A stretch of 64,000 nucleotides of DNA, from positions 32,001 through 96,000 of IMG/VR virus record IMGVR_UViG_3300049009_000874; one strand, given 5' to 3'. Origin of the DNA: a virus (taxonomy: Duplodnaviria; Caudoviricetes). The notes beneath the pieces were generated by a model. It made no database searches. It worked only from the letters and a program-made list of their open reading frames with translations, and was not told the origin of the DNA. Shown piece by piece: positions 1-9,839 of this stretch (position 1 is the stretch's first letter; every line of letters starts with the position of its first letter). The position numbers and the translations under genes are program-made.

Positions 1-182
1 AAGTGATTAAAGATCCAACCGTAACCAAATTTCAGCAAAAATCAAAAGACATCACCATGATTGACCCCAAAAAGCTCGGGGATCTCGTGAAGGTACAAAT
101 AGCGAATTCGAAAAAACCCAAACCTCCCGGCGCAGTCGGAACCGTCGGCGCCGCAGGAACTGTCGGGGCTGCAGCTCAATGA
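1..182 (+). CDS. hypothetical protein, 3' end only (runs in from the window edge)
   Basis: Open frame from base 3 (VIKDPTVTKF...GAVGTVGAAGTVGAAAQ) to TGA at 180-182, overlapping the next ATG; translated by hand. Confidence 0.6.
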   Translation, partial: VIKDPTVTKFQQKSKDITMIDPKKLGDLVKVQIANSKKPKPPGAVGTVGAAGTVGAAAQ

Positions 183-328
183 TGACATTCTGGCAATACA
201 TTTCAGAGATGAAGATCGGCTCCGGCAACCGCCGTGTCATCGCCGTCGTTAGACCCGCCAGCCCGGCGAACCCGGAAAAGCCGCCAAAGCAGAAAAAGAT
301 TCCCGTCAAAAAAATGTTCGGCAACTAG
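179..328 (+). CDS. 49-aa basic protein with capsid-targeting-like N-terminus
   Basis: MMTFWQYISEMKIGSG...KKMFGN*; ATGA overlap with upstream stop; below the ORF-track cutoff. Confidence 0.6.
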   Translation: MMTFWQYISEMKIGSGNRRVIAVVRPASPANPEKPPKQKKIPVKKMFGN

Positions 329-336
329 ATTAAAAC

Positions 337-960
337 ATGATTGGAAACCTAGGCGAGAACCTCAGCGTCCTTATATACTGTAATCACTCGGTGGCGCACG
401 ACTGGATGTCGTTCCTCTGCTGGTACTCCTTCTACAAGAACCTCCCGGAAGCGAAAATAGCCGTAGGGTGCTCGAGAAGCAACCTCCGGTTCGACCTTTA
501 CTTCTGGACCAAGAGGCTCAACATAGACTTCGAGTACATTAAGGACGACTCGCCGATCTCCTACATGGAGCGTTTTTTGTCGAAGGGTAAGCTTTCGCTC
601 CCATGCCTCCTGGTCACGCCGGACATACTCAGCGTAAGGGAGATGGATGGGCACGAAGGTCTTTTCGGCGCGGGAAAAAACTCACGGAAAAGGGGTTTCA
701 TGGTCGTCAACGACCCGAAAGCTGGATTCGAGCCGAGGGAGGATTTGTTCTGCGAGGCGGTCGAAAACAAAATATCGAATTTTGTCTCCTATTCGCAGGG
801 ATGGGGAAACTTTAACACCGCAGAATGGATAGATAGGGATGTGAACGCCCTCACGCCATACGTGCGTCTAAGCAAGTCGCCGTCGGGGCTGAACGAGAAG
901 AGGATCAGCGAACTTTGGCACGGAGCCGTAAACGTTTTCAAGAATGTATCGAGAGGTTGA
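337..960 (+). CDS. hypothetical protein
   Basis: 207-aa ORF in a co-directional run. Confidence 0.75.
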   Translation: MIGNLGENLSVLIYCNHSVAHDWMSFLCWYSFYKNLPEAKIAVGCSRSNLRFDLYFWTKRLNIDFEYIKDDSPISYMERFLSKGKLSLPCLLVTPDILSVREMDGHEGLFGAGKNSRKRGFMVVNDPKAGFEPREDLFCEAVENKISNFVSYSQGWGNFNTAEWIDRDVNALTPYVRLSKSPSGLNEKRISELWHGAVNVFKNVSRG

Positions 961-962
961 TC

Positions 963-1265
963 ATGAAAAGGTTCGATTTTGAAGGCGAAAATGATGACGA
1001 TGATTTCTTCGAGGACGAGGAAGAGGATGATGACGGACAAGGCAGGGCGATGTCCCCGAGGGAATACAAGGAAATGCTCGACGAGGAGCAGATGATACAG
1101 CAGGAAAGCGTCGAGTTGGCGTACATATCGCTCAACCAGGAGCTCATAGGCAAGGCTATAAGCCTGTGTAAAAATTCATTTTGGTGGAAGTTTTGCACGC
1201 TCGACACTCAGATAGGTATGATATCCAAGGTTTACGACAAACTCAAAAAGCTTCAGGATTCATAG
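963..1265 (+). CDS. acidic hypothetical protein
   Basis: GAGG RBS then ATG 963 (MKRFDFEGENDDDDFF...). Confidence 0.75.
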   Translation: MKRFDFEGENDDDDFFEDEEEDDDGQGRAMSPREYKEMLDEEQMIQQESVELAYISLNQELIGKAISLCKNSFWWKFCTLDTQIGMISKVYDKLKKLQDS

Positions 1266-1276
1266 GAACAAAACAC

Positions 1277-1642
1277 ATGCCTTTATATGCCTTCAGATGC
1301 AAGAAATGCGAGAAAGTTTGGGAAGAGATAGCAGACCACGACAAGCGCGGCAAGTACAGCGGCGTGTCATGCCCGGGCTGCAAGTCGAAATCCAAGGAAA
1401 AACTCCTTACCTCCTGCACTTTCAAGTTTTCCAACCCCGTGGGGACAGACAAGTGGAACAGCGATTCCACGGGTCATGACTTCAGGCACAAGTACAACAT
1501 GGAGCGACCCGGAGGGGTTTCCGAACAGAGGGCTTTCGCGGAGGAGAACTCCCACGTGGGCGCCAGACCATACCAGGAAGCCGAACGGTCGAACCCGATA
1601 AACGATATCGAAATCGACAGTTCCTGGGGCGAAGTAAAATAA
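1277..1642 (+). CDS. FmdB-family zinc-ribbon protein
   Basis: MPLYAFRCKKC...CPGC N-terminus matches the FmdB-type pattern MPxYxYxCxxC...CPxC. Confidence 0.8.
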   Translation: MPLYAFRCKKCEKVWEEIADHDKRGKYSGVSCPGCKSKSKEKLLTSCTFKFSNPVGTDKWNSDSTGHDFRHKYNMERPGGVSEQRAFAEENSHVGARPYQEAERSNPINDIEIDSSWGEVK

Positions 1643-1721
1643 TTCCGAGCAGACCTTCCCAACCAAAACCAACCAGACTTATAATGCTAGTGGCAAACCA
1701 GAATTTCCACGGAGACAAACA

Positions 1722-3794
1722 ATGAGCGGACTGAAAAAATTCATAGGCAACTTCAACCAGAACAAGTTCAAGACACTAAACAGCGAGATGTCGTTCTCCG
1801 AGTACGTAGATCTCTGCTACCAGAACCCTAGACTGCTGAGGAACTCTTGGCAGATGATATACGACATGATCATCGAGAAGGGTCATGGGGTCACCGAGGA
1901 ATACCGGAAGACCTACAAGCACTACAACTTCTTCGACAACCCAGAATGTCCCATCATCGGTCTGACCCCGACGAAGGACGCCCTCGTCAAGTTCATCAAG
2001 GGAGCCGCCGGCAGCTTCGGCGCCGAGAAGAGAATCCTCCTGCTCCACGGACCAGTGGGGAGTTCCAAATCGACCATATGCCGATTGTTCAAGAGGGAGA
2101 TGGAGACATACTCCACCACCGAATCCGGAGCCTGGTATTCGTTCAAGTGGGTCGACCTGCCCACCGGTCAGGACGGGATATATATCAAGGACGAGGACGA
2201 GTGCCCGATGCACGAGCAGCCGCTGAAACTCCTTCCTCCCGAAGTCCGGAACCCGATCGTCGCGGATCTCAACCGCATACTGCTGGAATCCGTCTCCCCC
2301 GAGGAGAGGACCGACATGTACACGCTCAAGTGCGAGGGCGACCTCGACCCGAGATGCAACCTGTTCATGAACGAGCTCCTCAAGAGATATGACGGCGACC
2401 TGGAGAAGATACTTGAGAAGCACATCAGGGTCATCCGCAAGGTGTACAGCGAGTCGTCGAGATGCGGCATCGCGACCTTCCAGCCGAAGGACGAGAAGAA
2501 CCAGGACAGCACCGAACTCACCGGCGACATAAATTTCAGCAAGATCAGCATGTTCGGCGCGGACTCGGACCCGAGGAGTTTCAATTTCGACGGGGAGTTC
2601 TGCGTGGGGAACCGCGGCATCATAGAGTTCATAGAGGCTCTCAAGCTGGACCAGGCGTTCCTCTACGACTTGCTAGGGGCGAGCCAGGAGCAGAGCATCA
2701 AGCCGAAGAAGTTCAGCCAGGTATCCATAGACGAAGCCATATTCTGCCATACAAACACCCCCGAGTACGAGAAGCTGAGGAGCAACCAGTACATGGAGGC
2801 TCTCAGGGACCGAACCGTCAAGATAGACGTGCCGTACACGATCAGGTGGTCAGAGGAACTGAAGATACTGGAGAAGGACTACGGGTCGAGCAAGGTGAGG
2901 CAGCACATAGCCCCGCACACGCTCGAGGTCGCAGCCCTCTGGTCGGTTCTGACAAGACTCCACGACGACAAGGACGGCAAGCTTAGCCTCGTAGAGAAGG
3001 CTGAACTATATGACGGCAAACTGCTACCGGGATGGACCGACGAGCAAGTCAAGGAACTCAAGGACAGGTACGCCGACGAGGGAATGTCCCGCGGCATATC
3101 GGTCAGGTACGTGCAGGACAAGCTCTCCAACTGCCTCGCCAACAACCACGAGTACGTCAACATGTTCATGGTCCTCAACGAACTGCGAGAGGGACTCGAG
3201 GGAAGCTCCTTGCTGAACAACAAGGACGACGTTGGTCGTTACATCACCTGCATAGACTTGGTGGTCAAGAAGCTTACCGACATATTGAAAGCCGAAGTCC
3301 AGAAAGCCCTGGTCGGAGACGAGGACGCGGTGATCCGACTTTGCGGCAACTACATCGACAACATCATGGCTTACATCAACAAAAGTAAGATCAAGGACCC
3401 AATCACCGGGCAAGACCGAAAGCCCGACGAGAGGCTCATGCGGTCCGTCGAGTCGAAGATAGACATCCCAGAGCCTGGGGCGGACGACTTCAGGAGGCAG
3501 ATAGCGGCATTCATCGGCGACCTCGCGGTCAAGCAGAAACAGTTCCGCTGGGATTCCAACCCGAAACTCAGGAACGCCTTGGAGGCGAAGCTCTTCGAGG
3601 ACGTCAAGGACACGATCAAGCTCTCGGCGCTCAACGTCAGCGGGGCTACCGTGGTCGACAAGGACATCCAGGAGAAGATCGACGCGATAAAGACCAGGCT
3701 GATCAAGCAGTACGGTTACAACGAGCGGTCCGCCACCGACGTACTCGATTTCGTCGGAAGCATCTTCGCCCGCGGGGACCTCGCGGAAGACTAA
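1722..3794 (+). CDS. prkA: PrkA/YeaG family AAA+ serine protein kinase
   Basis: Walker A LHGPVGSSKST, CPMHEQPL, DPRSFNFDGEF..GNRGIIEFIE, MEALRDR; 690 aa. Confidence 0.95.
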   Translation: MSGLKKFIGNFNQNKFKTLNSEMSFSEYVDLCYQNPRLLRNSWQMIYDMIIEKGHGVTEEYRKTYKHYNFFDNPECPIIGLTPTKDALVKFIKGAAGSFGAEKRILLLHGPVGSSKSTICRLFKREMETYSTTESGAWYSFKWVDLPTGQDGIYIKDEDECPMHEQPLKLLPPEVRNPIVADLNRILLESVSPEERTDMYTLKCEGDLDPRCNLFMNELLKRYDGDLEKILEKHIRVIRKVYSESSRCGIATFQPKDEKNQDSTELTGDINFSKISMFGADSDPRSFNFDGEFCVGNRGIIEFIEALKLDQAFLYDLLGASQEQSIKPKKFSQVSIDEAIFCHTNTPEYEKLRSNQYMEALRDRTVKIDVPYTIRWSEELKILEKDYGSSKVRQHIAPHTLEVAALWSVLTRLHDDKDGKLSLVEKAELYDGKLLPGWTDEQVKELKDRYADEGMSRGISVRYVQDKLSNCLANNHEYVNMFMVLNELREGLEGSSLLNNKDDVGRYITCIDLVVKKLTDILKAEVQKALVGDEDAVIRLCGNYIDNIMAYINKSKIKDPITGQDRKPDERLMRSVESKIDIPEPGADDFRRQIAAFIGDLAVKQKQFRWDSNPKLRNALEAKLFEDVKDTIKLSALNVSGATVVDKDIQEKIDAIKTRLIKQYGYNERSATDVLDFVGSIFARGDLAED

Positions 3795-3836
3795 CCGAAA
3801 GCTGTAAGCCGAACAAAAAAAGGAACGAGGTGATTT

Positions 3837-5051
3837 GTGCCACGACGCATAGAAGAGGACCATAAGGACTTTATAGATGTCGTCTCGGGGAGACTCAGGA
3901 AAGCCCTGAAGAAATTCATAAAGTCAGGCAAGATAGTAAGATCCCGCGGGAAGCGCGGAAAGATATCAATCACCATCCCGAAGATAGACATACCCCAGAT
4001 ACTTTATGGTGACAACGGCACGGGAACCGGTCGCGGTCAGGGCAAGGACGGCGACGTGATAGACAAGGGCAAGAAGGACAAGGGCAAGGGCAACGGCGCC
4101 GGGCAGGATGAGGGCGAGGGCATAACGGTCAGCCTCGACCTCGACGACGTCCTCAAGTTCATGCAGTCCGAGCTGGAGCTCCCGAACCTCAAGCCCAAGG
4201 TCAACGACACTTTCGACGACATCAAGATCAAGTACAACAACATATCGATGGTCGGTCCGGAGTCCCTGCGCAACAACAAGAGGACTTTCCTCGAGGCTCT
4301 CAAGAGGCAGTCCGCCGACGGCAGCATCGACAAGCTCGAGATGGTGCCCGGTATCAAGGTCCCGATCAAGATGGTCAAGCCGATCAAGAGGGACAAGCGC
4401 TACAGGCAGTACAGGGAGATCAAGATACCGTCCAGCAACGCCCTCATCGTCTACGCCAGGGACGGTTCCGGGTCCATGGACCAGATGAAGTGCGAGATAG
4501 TATCCGACATGGCTTGGTGGATAGACGTCTGGATCAGGAAGTTCTACAAGCGCGTCGAGAGGCTCTTCGTCTGGCACGACTCCATAGCGATGGAGGTGGA
4601 CGAGGAGAAGTTCTACAACTACAGGTTCGGCGGCGGCACGACCTGCTCTTCCGCCCTCAAGTTCATAGCCAAGCAGTTCGAGAACCGGTACAACCCGCAC
4701 AAGTGGAACATATATGTCTTCTACTTCACGGACGGCGATAACTGGAGCGAAGACAACAAGGTGTTCATCGACACGCTCAGGGAGTCGTTCCCGGAGAATC
4801 TCGTCAACATGGTCGGGATAACCCAGATACTCCCGTGGAACTACACGAACAGCGTCAAGCACGTGGTCGACCAGGCTGTGCAGAGCGGCGACGTCGACAG
4901 AAGGAACGTCAGGACGGCGGAGATAGGCTCCAACGGCTCGGATTTCACGGAGGAGATGAGGAACGAGCAGATAATGGATGCGATAAAGACGCTGATGGGT
5001 TCTGACAGAAGTAAAATAAAGTTTCCCAAGGAGCTAGAGGATGGCGAGTAA
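3837..5051 (+). CDS. yeaH: YeaH/YhbH (DUF444) vWA-domain protein
   Basis: Gly-rich GQGKDGD linker, ELELPNLKPK, MIDAS-like DGSGSM / GGT / FTDGDN; follows prkA. Confidence 0.93.
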   Translation: MPRRIEEDHKDFIDVVSGRLRKALKKFIKSGKIVRSRGKRGKISITIPKIDIPQILYGDNGTGTGRGQGKDGDVIDKGKKDKGKGNGAGQDEGEGITVSLDLDDVLKFMQSELELPNLKPKVNDTFDDIKIKYNNISMVGPESLRNNKRTFLEALKRQSADGSIDKLEMVPGIKVPIKMVKPIKRDKRYRQYREIKIPSSNALIVYARDGSGSMDQMKCEIVSDMAWWIDVWIRKFYKRVERLFVWHDSIAMEVDEEKFYNYRFGGGTTCSSALKFIAKQFENRYNPHKWNIYVFYFTDGDNWSEDNKVFIDTLRESFPENLVNMVGITQILPWNYTNSVKHVVDQAVQSGDVDRRNVRTAEIGSNGSDFTEEMRNEQIMDAIKTLMGSDRSKIKFPKELEDGE

Positions 5052-6618
5052 GTTTTTCCACGGATCTTCGCTTCTCATAGGCAACAACACCATACCGGGC
5101 GTTCAGCTCCCGAAGGATCTGCGGGATTTCGCGCAGAAGATACTGTACGCGTGCAAGGACTGGGGTCTCGACTTCTATCCCACGGTCGTCCAGCTTCTGA
5201 CCTACGACGAGATATCCGAGGTCGCGGCGTACGGAGGCTTCCCTGTACGTTACCCCCACTGGTCTTTCGGGATGCAGTACGAGGAACTCCAGAGGGGATA
5301 TGAATTCGGAGCTCACAAAATATACGAAATGGTTATCAATGCCTCGCCCTGCTACATCTATTGCCTCGACAGCAACACGTTGCTGGATCACCTGACCGTC
5401 ATAGCCCATGCCACCGGGCACAACGACTTCTTCAAGAACAACATACACTTCTCGGCGACCGATACCAACATGCTCAACAACATGGCGAACCACGCCAGCC
5501 GCATAAAGAAGTACATGACGCGGTGGGGCAAGGAGAGGGTCACGGAGTTCCTCGATTACCTCCTCAGGATAGACACGCTCATAGACGGCGCGTCAGCCTG
5601 GCACCAGAAGGTCATCAAGGACCGCAACATAGCCGACAAGAGGGACTACAGGGTCCCGGTAAGGCTCAAGGTGGACAGCGACAGGTTCTACATGGACTCC
5701 TACATAAACACCAAGGACTTCAAGGTCCGCGAGGACGAGAAAGCCAAGGACAAGGACCTGGCTGACGAGCTAGGGTTCTTCGTCGAGCCGGTCAGGGACA
5801 TATTCGGGTTCCTCAGGGACAACGCGCCGCTCAAGCCGTGGCAGCAGGACATCATGTCCATGATCTACGAGGAGTCGATGTATTTCTACCCGCAGAGGCA
5901 GACCAAGGTATTGAACGAGGGGTGGGCTTCACTGACGGACCATGTCATCATGGCGGAGCAGGGCTACGTTTCCCTCGGTCAGAAGACGCACGACTCCGGC
6001 ATAATCGATTATGCCATACACAAGATGGGGGTGCTCGGCGGCAAGTACTCCACGAACCCCTACAAGCTTGGGTTCAACCTCCTCATGGACATAAAGAAGA
6101 GGTGGGACAAGGGGCAGTTCGGCACAGAGTGGGACAAGTGCACCAACTCCAGCACGAAGGAGAAGTGGGACACCAAGGCTATGCTCGGCAAGGAGAAGAT
6201 TTTCGAGGTGAGGAAATACTACGACGACCTCACCCTGATCCACGAGTTCTTCACCGACGACTTCTGCCGCGAGCAGGAGTATTTCGAGTACAAGAAGTAC
6301 CCGAACGGCGAGACCGTCCTCGAGAGCCACGACCACAAGAAGATAAAGAGGCATCTCATGGCTCGCCACGTCAACGGCGGGCTTCCCGACATAAGGCTGG
6401 CTGAGCCAAACTACAAGGGCAAGGGATACCTCATGCTCGAGCACCACCACGACGGGAGACCGCTGTACGACCCATACCTACGCGACGTCATGGTTGGTCT
6501 GAGGTTCATATGGCAGAACGACGTGTTCCTGTCGACCAAGGGGCACGACGGGAGCGACGTGGTGTACGAGTGTTTCGACTCGGACCCAGCCAACATCAAG
6601 GTCAAGGGCAAGAAATAG
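5041..6618 (+). CDS. spoVR: SpoVR/YcgB family protein
   Basis: GFPVRYPHWSFG, YEMVIN, AHATGHNDFFKNN, QTKVLNEGWAS, NPYKLG. Confidence 0.95.
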   Translation: MASKFFHGSSLLIGNNTIPGVQLPKDLRDFAQKILYACKDWGLDFYPTVVQLLTYDEISEVAAYGGFPVRYPHWSFGMQYEELQRGYEFGAHKIYEMVINASPCYIYCLDSNTLLDHLTVIAHATGHNDFFKNNIHFSATDTNMLNNMANHASRIKKYMTRWGKERVTEFLDYLLRIDTLIDGASAWHQKVIKDRNIADKRDYRVPVRLKVDSDRFYMDSYINTKDFKVREDEKAKDKDLADELGFFVEPVRDIFGFLRDNAPLKPWQQDIMSMIYEESMYFYPQRQTKVLNEGWASLTDHVIMAEQGYVSLGQKTHDSGIIDYAIHKMGVLGGKYSTNPYKLGFNLLMDIKKRWDKGQFGTEWDKCTNSSTKEKWDTKAMLGKEKIFEVRKYYDDLTLIHEFFTDDFCREQEYFEYKKYPNGETVLESHDHKKIKRHLMARHVNGGLPDIRLAEPNYKGKGYLMLEHHHDGRPLYDPYLRDVMVGLRFIWQNDVFLSTKGHDGSDVVYECFDSDPANIKVKGKK

Positions 6619-6636
6619 AAACAAAAGGAGTCCGTC

Positions 6637-6855
6637 ATGGATTGGTTGCTTTCGGAAGAGTTTGTCTCGTTCTCGCAGAAGATAGCCGAAATATACGCGG
6701 AGAAGAAGAAGGTCAAGCAGGAACTCAAGGAGTTCTACGACAAGTCGCAGGTCAAGCTGAAGGAACTGGAGTCCAAGGCTTCCTCCCTCCAGGACGATTT
6801 CGAGTCGTGGAAGAAGTCCCAGCCGGACGACCAGGCGAAGCCGAACAGAAAGTGA
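6637..6855 (+). CDS. small coiled-coil protein
   Basis: AAGGAG RBS; 72-aa E/K-rich helical ORF. Confidence 0.75.
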   Translation: MDWLLSEEFVSFSQKIAEIYAEKKKVKQELKEFYDKSQVKLKELESKASSLQDDFESWKKSQPDDQAKPNRK

Positions 6856-6928
6856 TCTTGTCAAAAGACGGCTTTTGATTTAGATTCTCCCTCATGTCTT
6901 TTCCAGGCGCGAGTAAGTGGGTTTCGCT

Positions 6929-8284
6929 ATGAAGGTTGAAATCGTCGGTTTCGAGCATTTGCATTTACACTCCGACTTCTCCGTCCTCGACGGGCTTGGA
7001 ACGTGCGAGGAGTACGCCCTCCGCGCCACCCAGATAAACCAGAACTTCCTCACCATCAGCGACCACGGAATGCTCGGCGCCGTACCGAGGCAGATACGAG
7101 CCTGCGACAAGGTCTGCGACAAGTTCGGCAAGGACAAGCTTTCCCCCATATTCGCCACCGAGCTTTACGTCAACAGGCTTCAGCCGCAGAGCAACTCGCT
7201 CGAGGACATGCAGAAGTTCTCTGGAGACCTTTCCCCCGAAGAGTTGCTGGAGCTCCGCCCAAGCCCCCACCTCCTCGCCATAGCGCACAATGAGATCGGC
7301 TACAAGAACCTCGTGAGGCTCACCAGCTGGGGCTGGACCAAGGGGTTCTACCGCAAGCCGAGGGTGAACTACGAGCAGCTCGAGAAGCACAAGGAGGGCT
7401 TGCTCTTCACGAGCTGCTGCTACAACAGCGAGATCGGGCGGGCGTTCGAGTCCGGCGGCGAGGAGGCTGCGCTCTCCATGATCGACAGGTATGTCGGGAT
7501 GTTCGGCAGGGAGAACTATTTCCTCGAGATAATGCTGCTTGATTTCGTGAAGCAGAAGCCCTACGACGCCTTCATAGTCAAGGCTCACCAGAAGACTGGT
7601 CTGAAGATAATCCTTTCGAACGACGTCCACTACTGCCGCAAGGAGGACAGCAAGCTGCAGCGTCTCATGCTGATGGTGCAGACCGGCAGGACGATACAGG
7701 ACATAGAGAAAGCCATGAAGGAGGACTCCATGCAGGACTTCTTCGAGCTGCAGGACAGCAACCTCTGGATGAAGTCGGAGGAGGAGATCAACGAGAAGTG
7801 GCTGAGCCACTACAGCGACGTCATCCCTTACGAGATATTCTGCGAAGCCAAGAAGAACACGGTCGAGATTTGCAGGAAGGCGAAAGGGGTGCAGCTGGAC
7901 AGGAGCCTGAAGCTTCCCGTCTTCCCGGACTGCGACGAGAGGCTCAAGGAATATGTCGTCATCGGGTTCAGGGGCAGGAATCTCCCTTCGACCAGGGAAT
8001 ACAGGGACAGGATCAAGGAGGAGCTCAGCCTTATCATAAGGAAGGGGTTCAGCACGTACTTCCTCATCCAGAAGATGATGACGGACGAGGCTAGGAAATG
8101 GTGCAGGGAGAACGTCGGCGGCGACGGGACCCAGGCTGTGGGTCCGGGGCGCGGATCCGCTTGCGGTTCGCTGGTGTGCTACTGTCTAGGGATAACGGAC
8201 GTCGACCCGGTCTACGAAGGTCTGCTGTTCAGCAGGTTCATGAGCGAAGCCCGCGGGGGAAGGTCTATCTGCTTCGATGCCTGA
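6929..8284 (+). CDS. dnaE: DNA polymerase III alpha, N-terminal polypeptide (PHP domain plus first part of palm/thumb)
   Basis: HLHLHSDFSVLDG, TISDHG, NDVHY, GPGRGSACGSLVCYCLGITDVDP, LLFSRF; stops before PDIDxD. Confidence 0.93.
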   Translation: MKVEIVGFEHLHLHSDFSVLDGLGTCEEYALRATQINQNFLTISDHGMLGAVPRQIRACDKVCDKFGKDKLSPIFATELYVNRLQPQSNSLEDMQKFSGDLSPEELLELRPSPHLLAIAHNEIGYKNLVRLTSWGWTKGFYRKPRVNYEQLEKHKEGLLFTSCCYNSEIGRAFESGGEEAALSMIDRYVGMFGRENYFLEIMLLDFVKQKPYDAFIVKAHQKTGLKIILSNDVHYCRKEDSKLQRLMLMVQTGRTIQDIEKAMKEDSMQDFFELQDSNLWMKSEEEINEKWLSHYSDVIPYEIFCEAKKNTVEICRKAKGVQLDRSLKLPVFPDCDERLKEYVVIGFRGRNLPSTREYRDRIKEELSLIIRKGFSTYFLIQKMMTDEARKWCRENVGGDGTQAVGPGRGSACGSLVCYCLGITDVDPVYEGLLFSRFMSEARGGRSICFDA

Positions 8285-9332
8285 CGTTTCTGGCATGGAG
8301 GTCTATGTCTCTCTCGACCATGTCCTTCACCAGCGAAGAGAAGTTCGTTTTCGGTTTCCACCCTAGGCTTTCCCTGGCTTTGCCGGACACCCCCCTCAGC
8401 GCGTCGATCTCTAGCGGCATATTGAGGGAACTGTCTATCTCGACCTTACCCTTCCATTCCCCGAGACCTGCGCAGACGAACGCCTGGCTCAGGAATTCCT
8501 CGACGGAATGGGTCTCGCCCGTCGATATCACGAAATCCTCAGGGTCGTCATTCTGGAGCATCATCCACATCGCCAGGCAGTAGTCCTCGGCGTGACCCCA
8601 GTCCCGCATAGACGATATGTTCCCTAGCTGAAGCTTGCCTTCGGACAATCCGTTCTTCTTCCTGCCGATCCAGCTCGTTATCTTCCTTGTCACGAAATCC
8701 TCGCCCCGCCGCGGGCTTTCGTGGTCGAACAGTATTCCCGAGCAGGCGAACATCCCGTGGGACTTGCGGTATATGCTTATGAGGTTGTGGGCAGCCAGCT
8801 TGGATACGGCGTAAGGGGAGTTCGGGGACATGCATGTCCGCTCGTCCTGGAAGGCTTCGAGGTCGAGGAACTCCTTCGGGTCGACCTTCCCGCTCCGTTC
8901 CGCCCTGTTGCCGTCCTTGTCGATGAACGAGAAGCACGACCCGAACATATCGCTCGTCGAAGCCTGGTAGACCCTGGAGCGCCAGGAATGGTTGACGACG
9001 GCTTCGATGAGGTAGAGAACCCCCTTGAGGTCAACGTCTATCGTGTAGGAGGGCTGGATGAAGGACTCTCCGACATGGCTCTGGGCAGCCAGGTTGTATA
9101 TCTCGTCCGGCTTGTGCTCCGAAACGACCTTCCGCACGAACAACGGGTCGCATATGTCCCCCTGCACCACCGAGAACCTCCTGTGCCCCAGCACGGTCTC
9201 CAGCCTGGACATGTTGTTCGAGGACGACCTCCTCGAGATGCCGGTCACCTCGTATCCCTTGCCCAGGAGGATCTCCGAAAGGTAAGATCCGTCCTGTCCT
9301 GTGACTCCGAAAACCATGGCTGTTTTTGACAT
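8265..9332 (-). CDS. gmd: GDP-mannose 4,6-dehydratase
   Basis: GVTGQDGSYL, YNLAAQSHV, SPYAVSK, HESPRRGEDFVTRKIT, RDWGHAEDY. Confidence 0.96.
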   Translation of the reverse strand: MSKTAMVFGVTGQDGSYLSEILLGKGYEVTGISRRSSSNNMSRLETVLGHRRFSVVQGDICDPLFVRKVVSEHKPDEIYNLAAQSHVGESFIQPSYTIDVDLKGVLYLIEAVVNHSWRSRVYQASTSDMFGSCFSFIDKDGNRAERSGKVDPKEFLDLEAFQDERTCMSPNSPYAVSKLAAHNLISIYRKSHGMFACSGILFDHESPRRGEDFVTRKITSWIGRKKNGLSEGKLQLGNISSMRDWGHAEDYCLAMWMMLQNDDPEDFVISTGETHSVEEFLSQAFVCAGLGEWKGKVEIDSSLNMPLEIDALRGVSGKARESLGWKPKTNFSSLVKDMVERDIDLHARNVRHRSR

Positions 9333-9419
9333 TTTTTTCCTTTTTGGTGTATTATCTGAAATAGTATTTTTTGCGAATATGTCATTTGAAAATTTAAAAA
9401 AACAAACTATATTGATTTT

Positions 9420-9839
9420 ATGGAAACTACAATCACCGTAGATCTCGGCACGATGCCGGATCTAATCTACATGATCATCAAGGACGAAACTTTATTCGCT
9501 GAATTGAAGGCGGAATTTCCAGATATTCTTGCCGACCTGACAACACTGAAGACCAACCCGAACTGCTCATGCAGGGGCAAGGTTGGCAAGTTCTTCTCCG
9601 ACAAAGTGGCTACCGATCCGAACATCTTGGAGAAGTACTACAAGGACAAGGCTGCGATAGTCAAGGAACTTGAAGCGATCAAGCTGAAAAGAGTCAACAA
9701 CGCAATCAACGGCAAAGTCTTCAAGGTGCAGCTCGGCGACGAGGCTTGGGCTAATTTCAACAAGACCATTGTTGGAAAAACCTTCAGAAGCTTCTCCGTT
9801 GTCCGAGAGTTCGACTACATGTGGGTATACTTCCTATGA
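9420..9839 (+). CDS. hypothetical protein (NPNCSC motif)
   Basis: 139-aa ORF divergent from gmd. Confidence 0.8.
   Translation: METTITVDLGTMPDLIYMIIKDETLFAELKAEFPDILADLTTLKTNPNCSCRGKVGKFFSDKVATDPNILEKYYKDKAAIVKELEAIKLKRVNNAINGKVFKVQLGDEAWANFNKTIVGKTFRSFSVVREFDYMWVYFL

Noticed and set aside
52-324. 90-aa minus-strand ORF
   Set aside because: Overlaps two better-supported, coupled plus-strand ORFs
1776-7810. Long antisense and alternate-frame ORFs over prkA, yeaH, spoVR and dnaE-N (also 37340-38212, 46034-46918, 55611-56603, 60376-61209)
   Set aside because: Shadow ORFs expected from strong C/G third-position bias; no motifs or RBS, and they fully overlap well-supported genes
8255-8284. Possible split-intein N-fragment at the end of DnaE-N (CFDA)
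   Set aside because: Only four residues from the Cys; no intein blocks, and no HN-C/S/T junction before MPDID in the C-half
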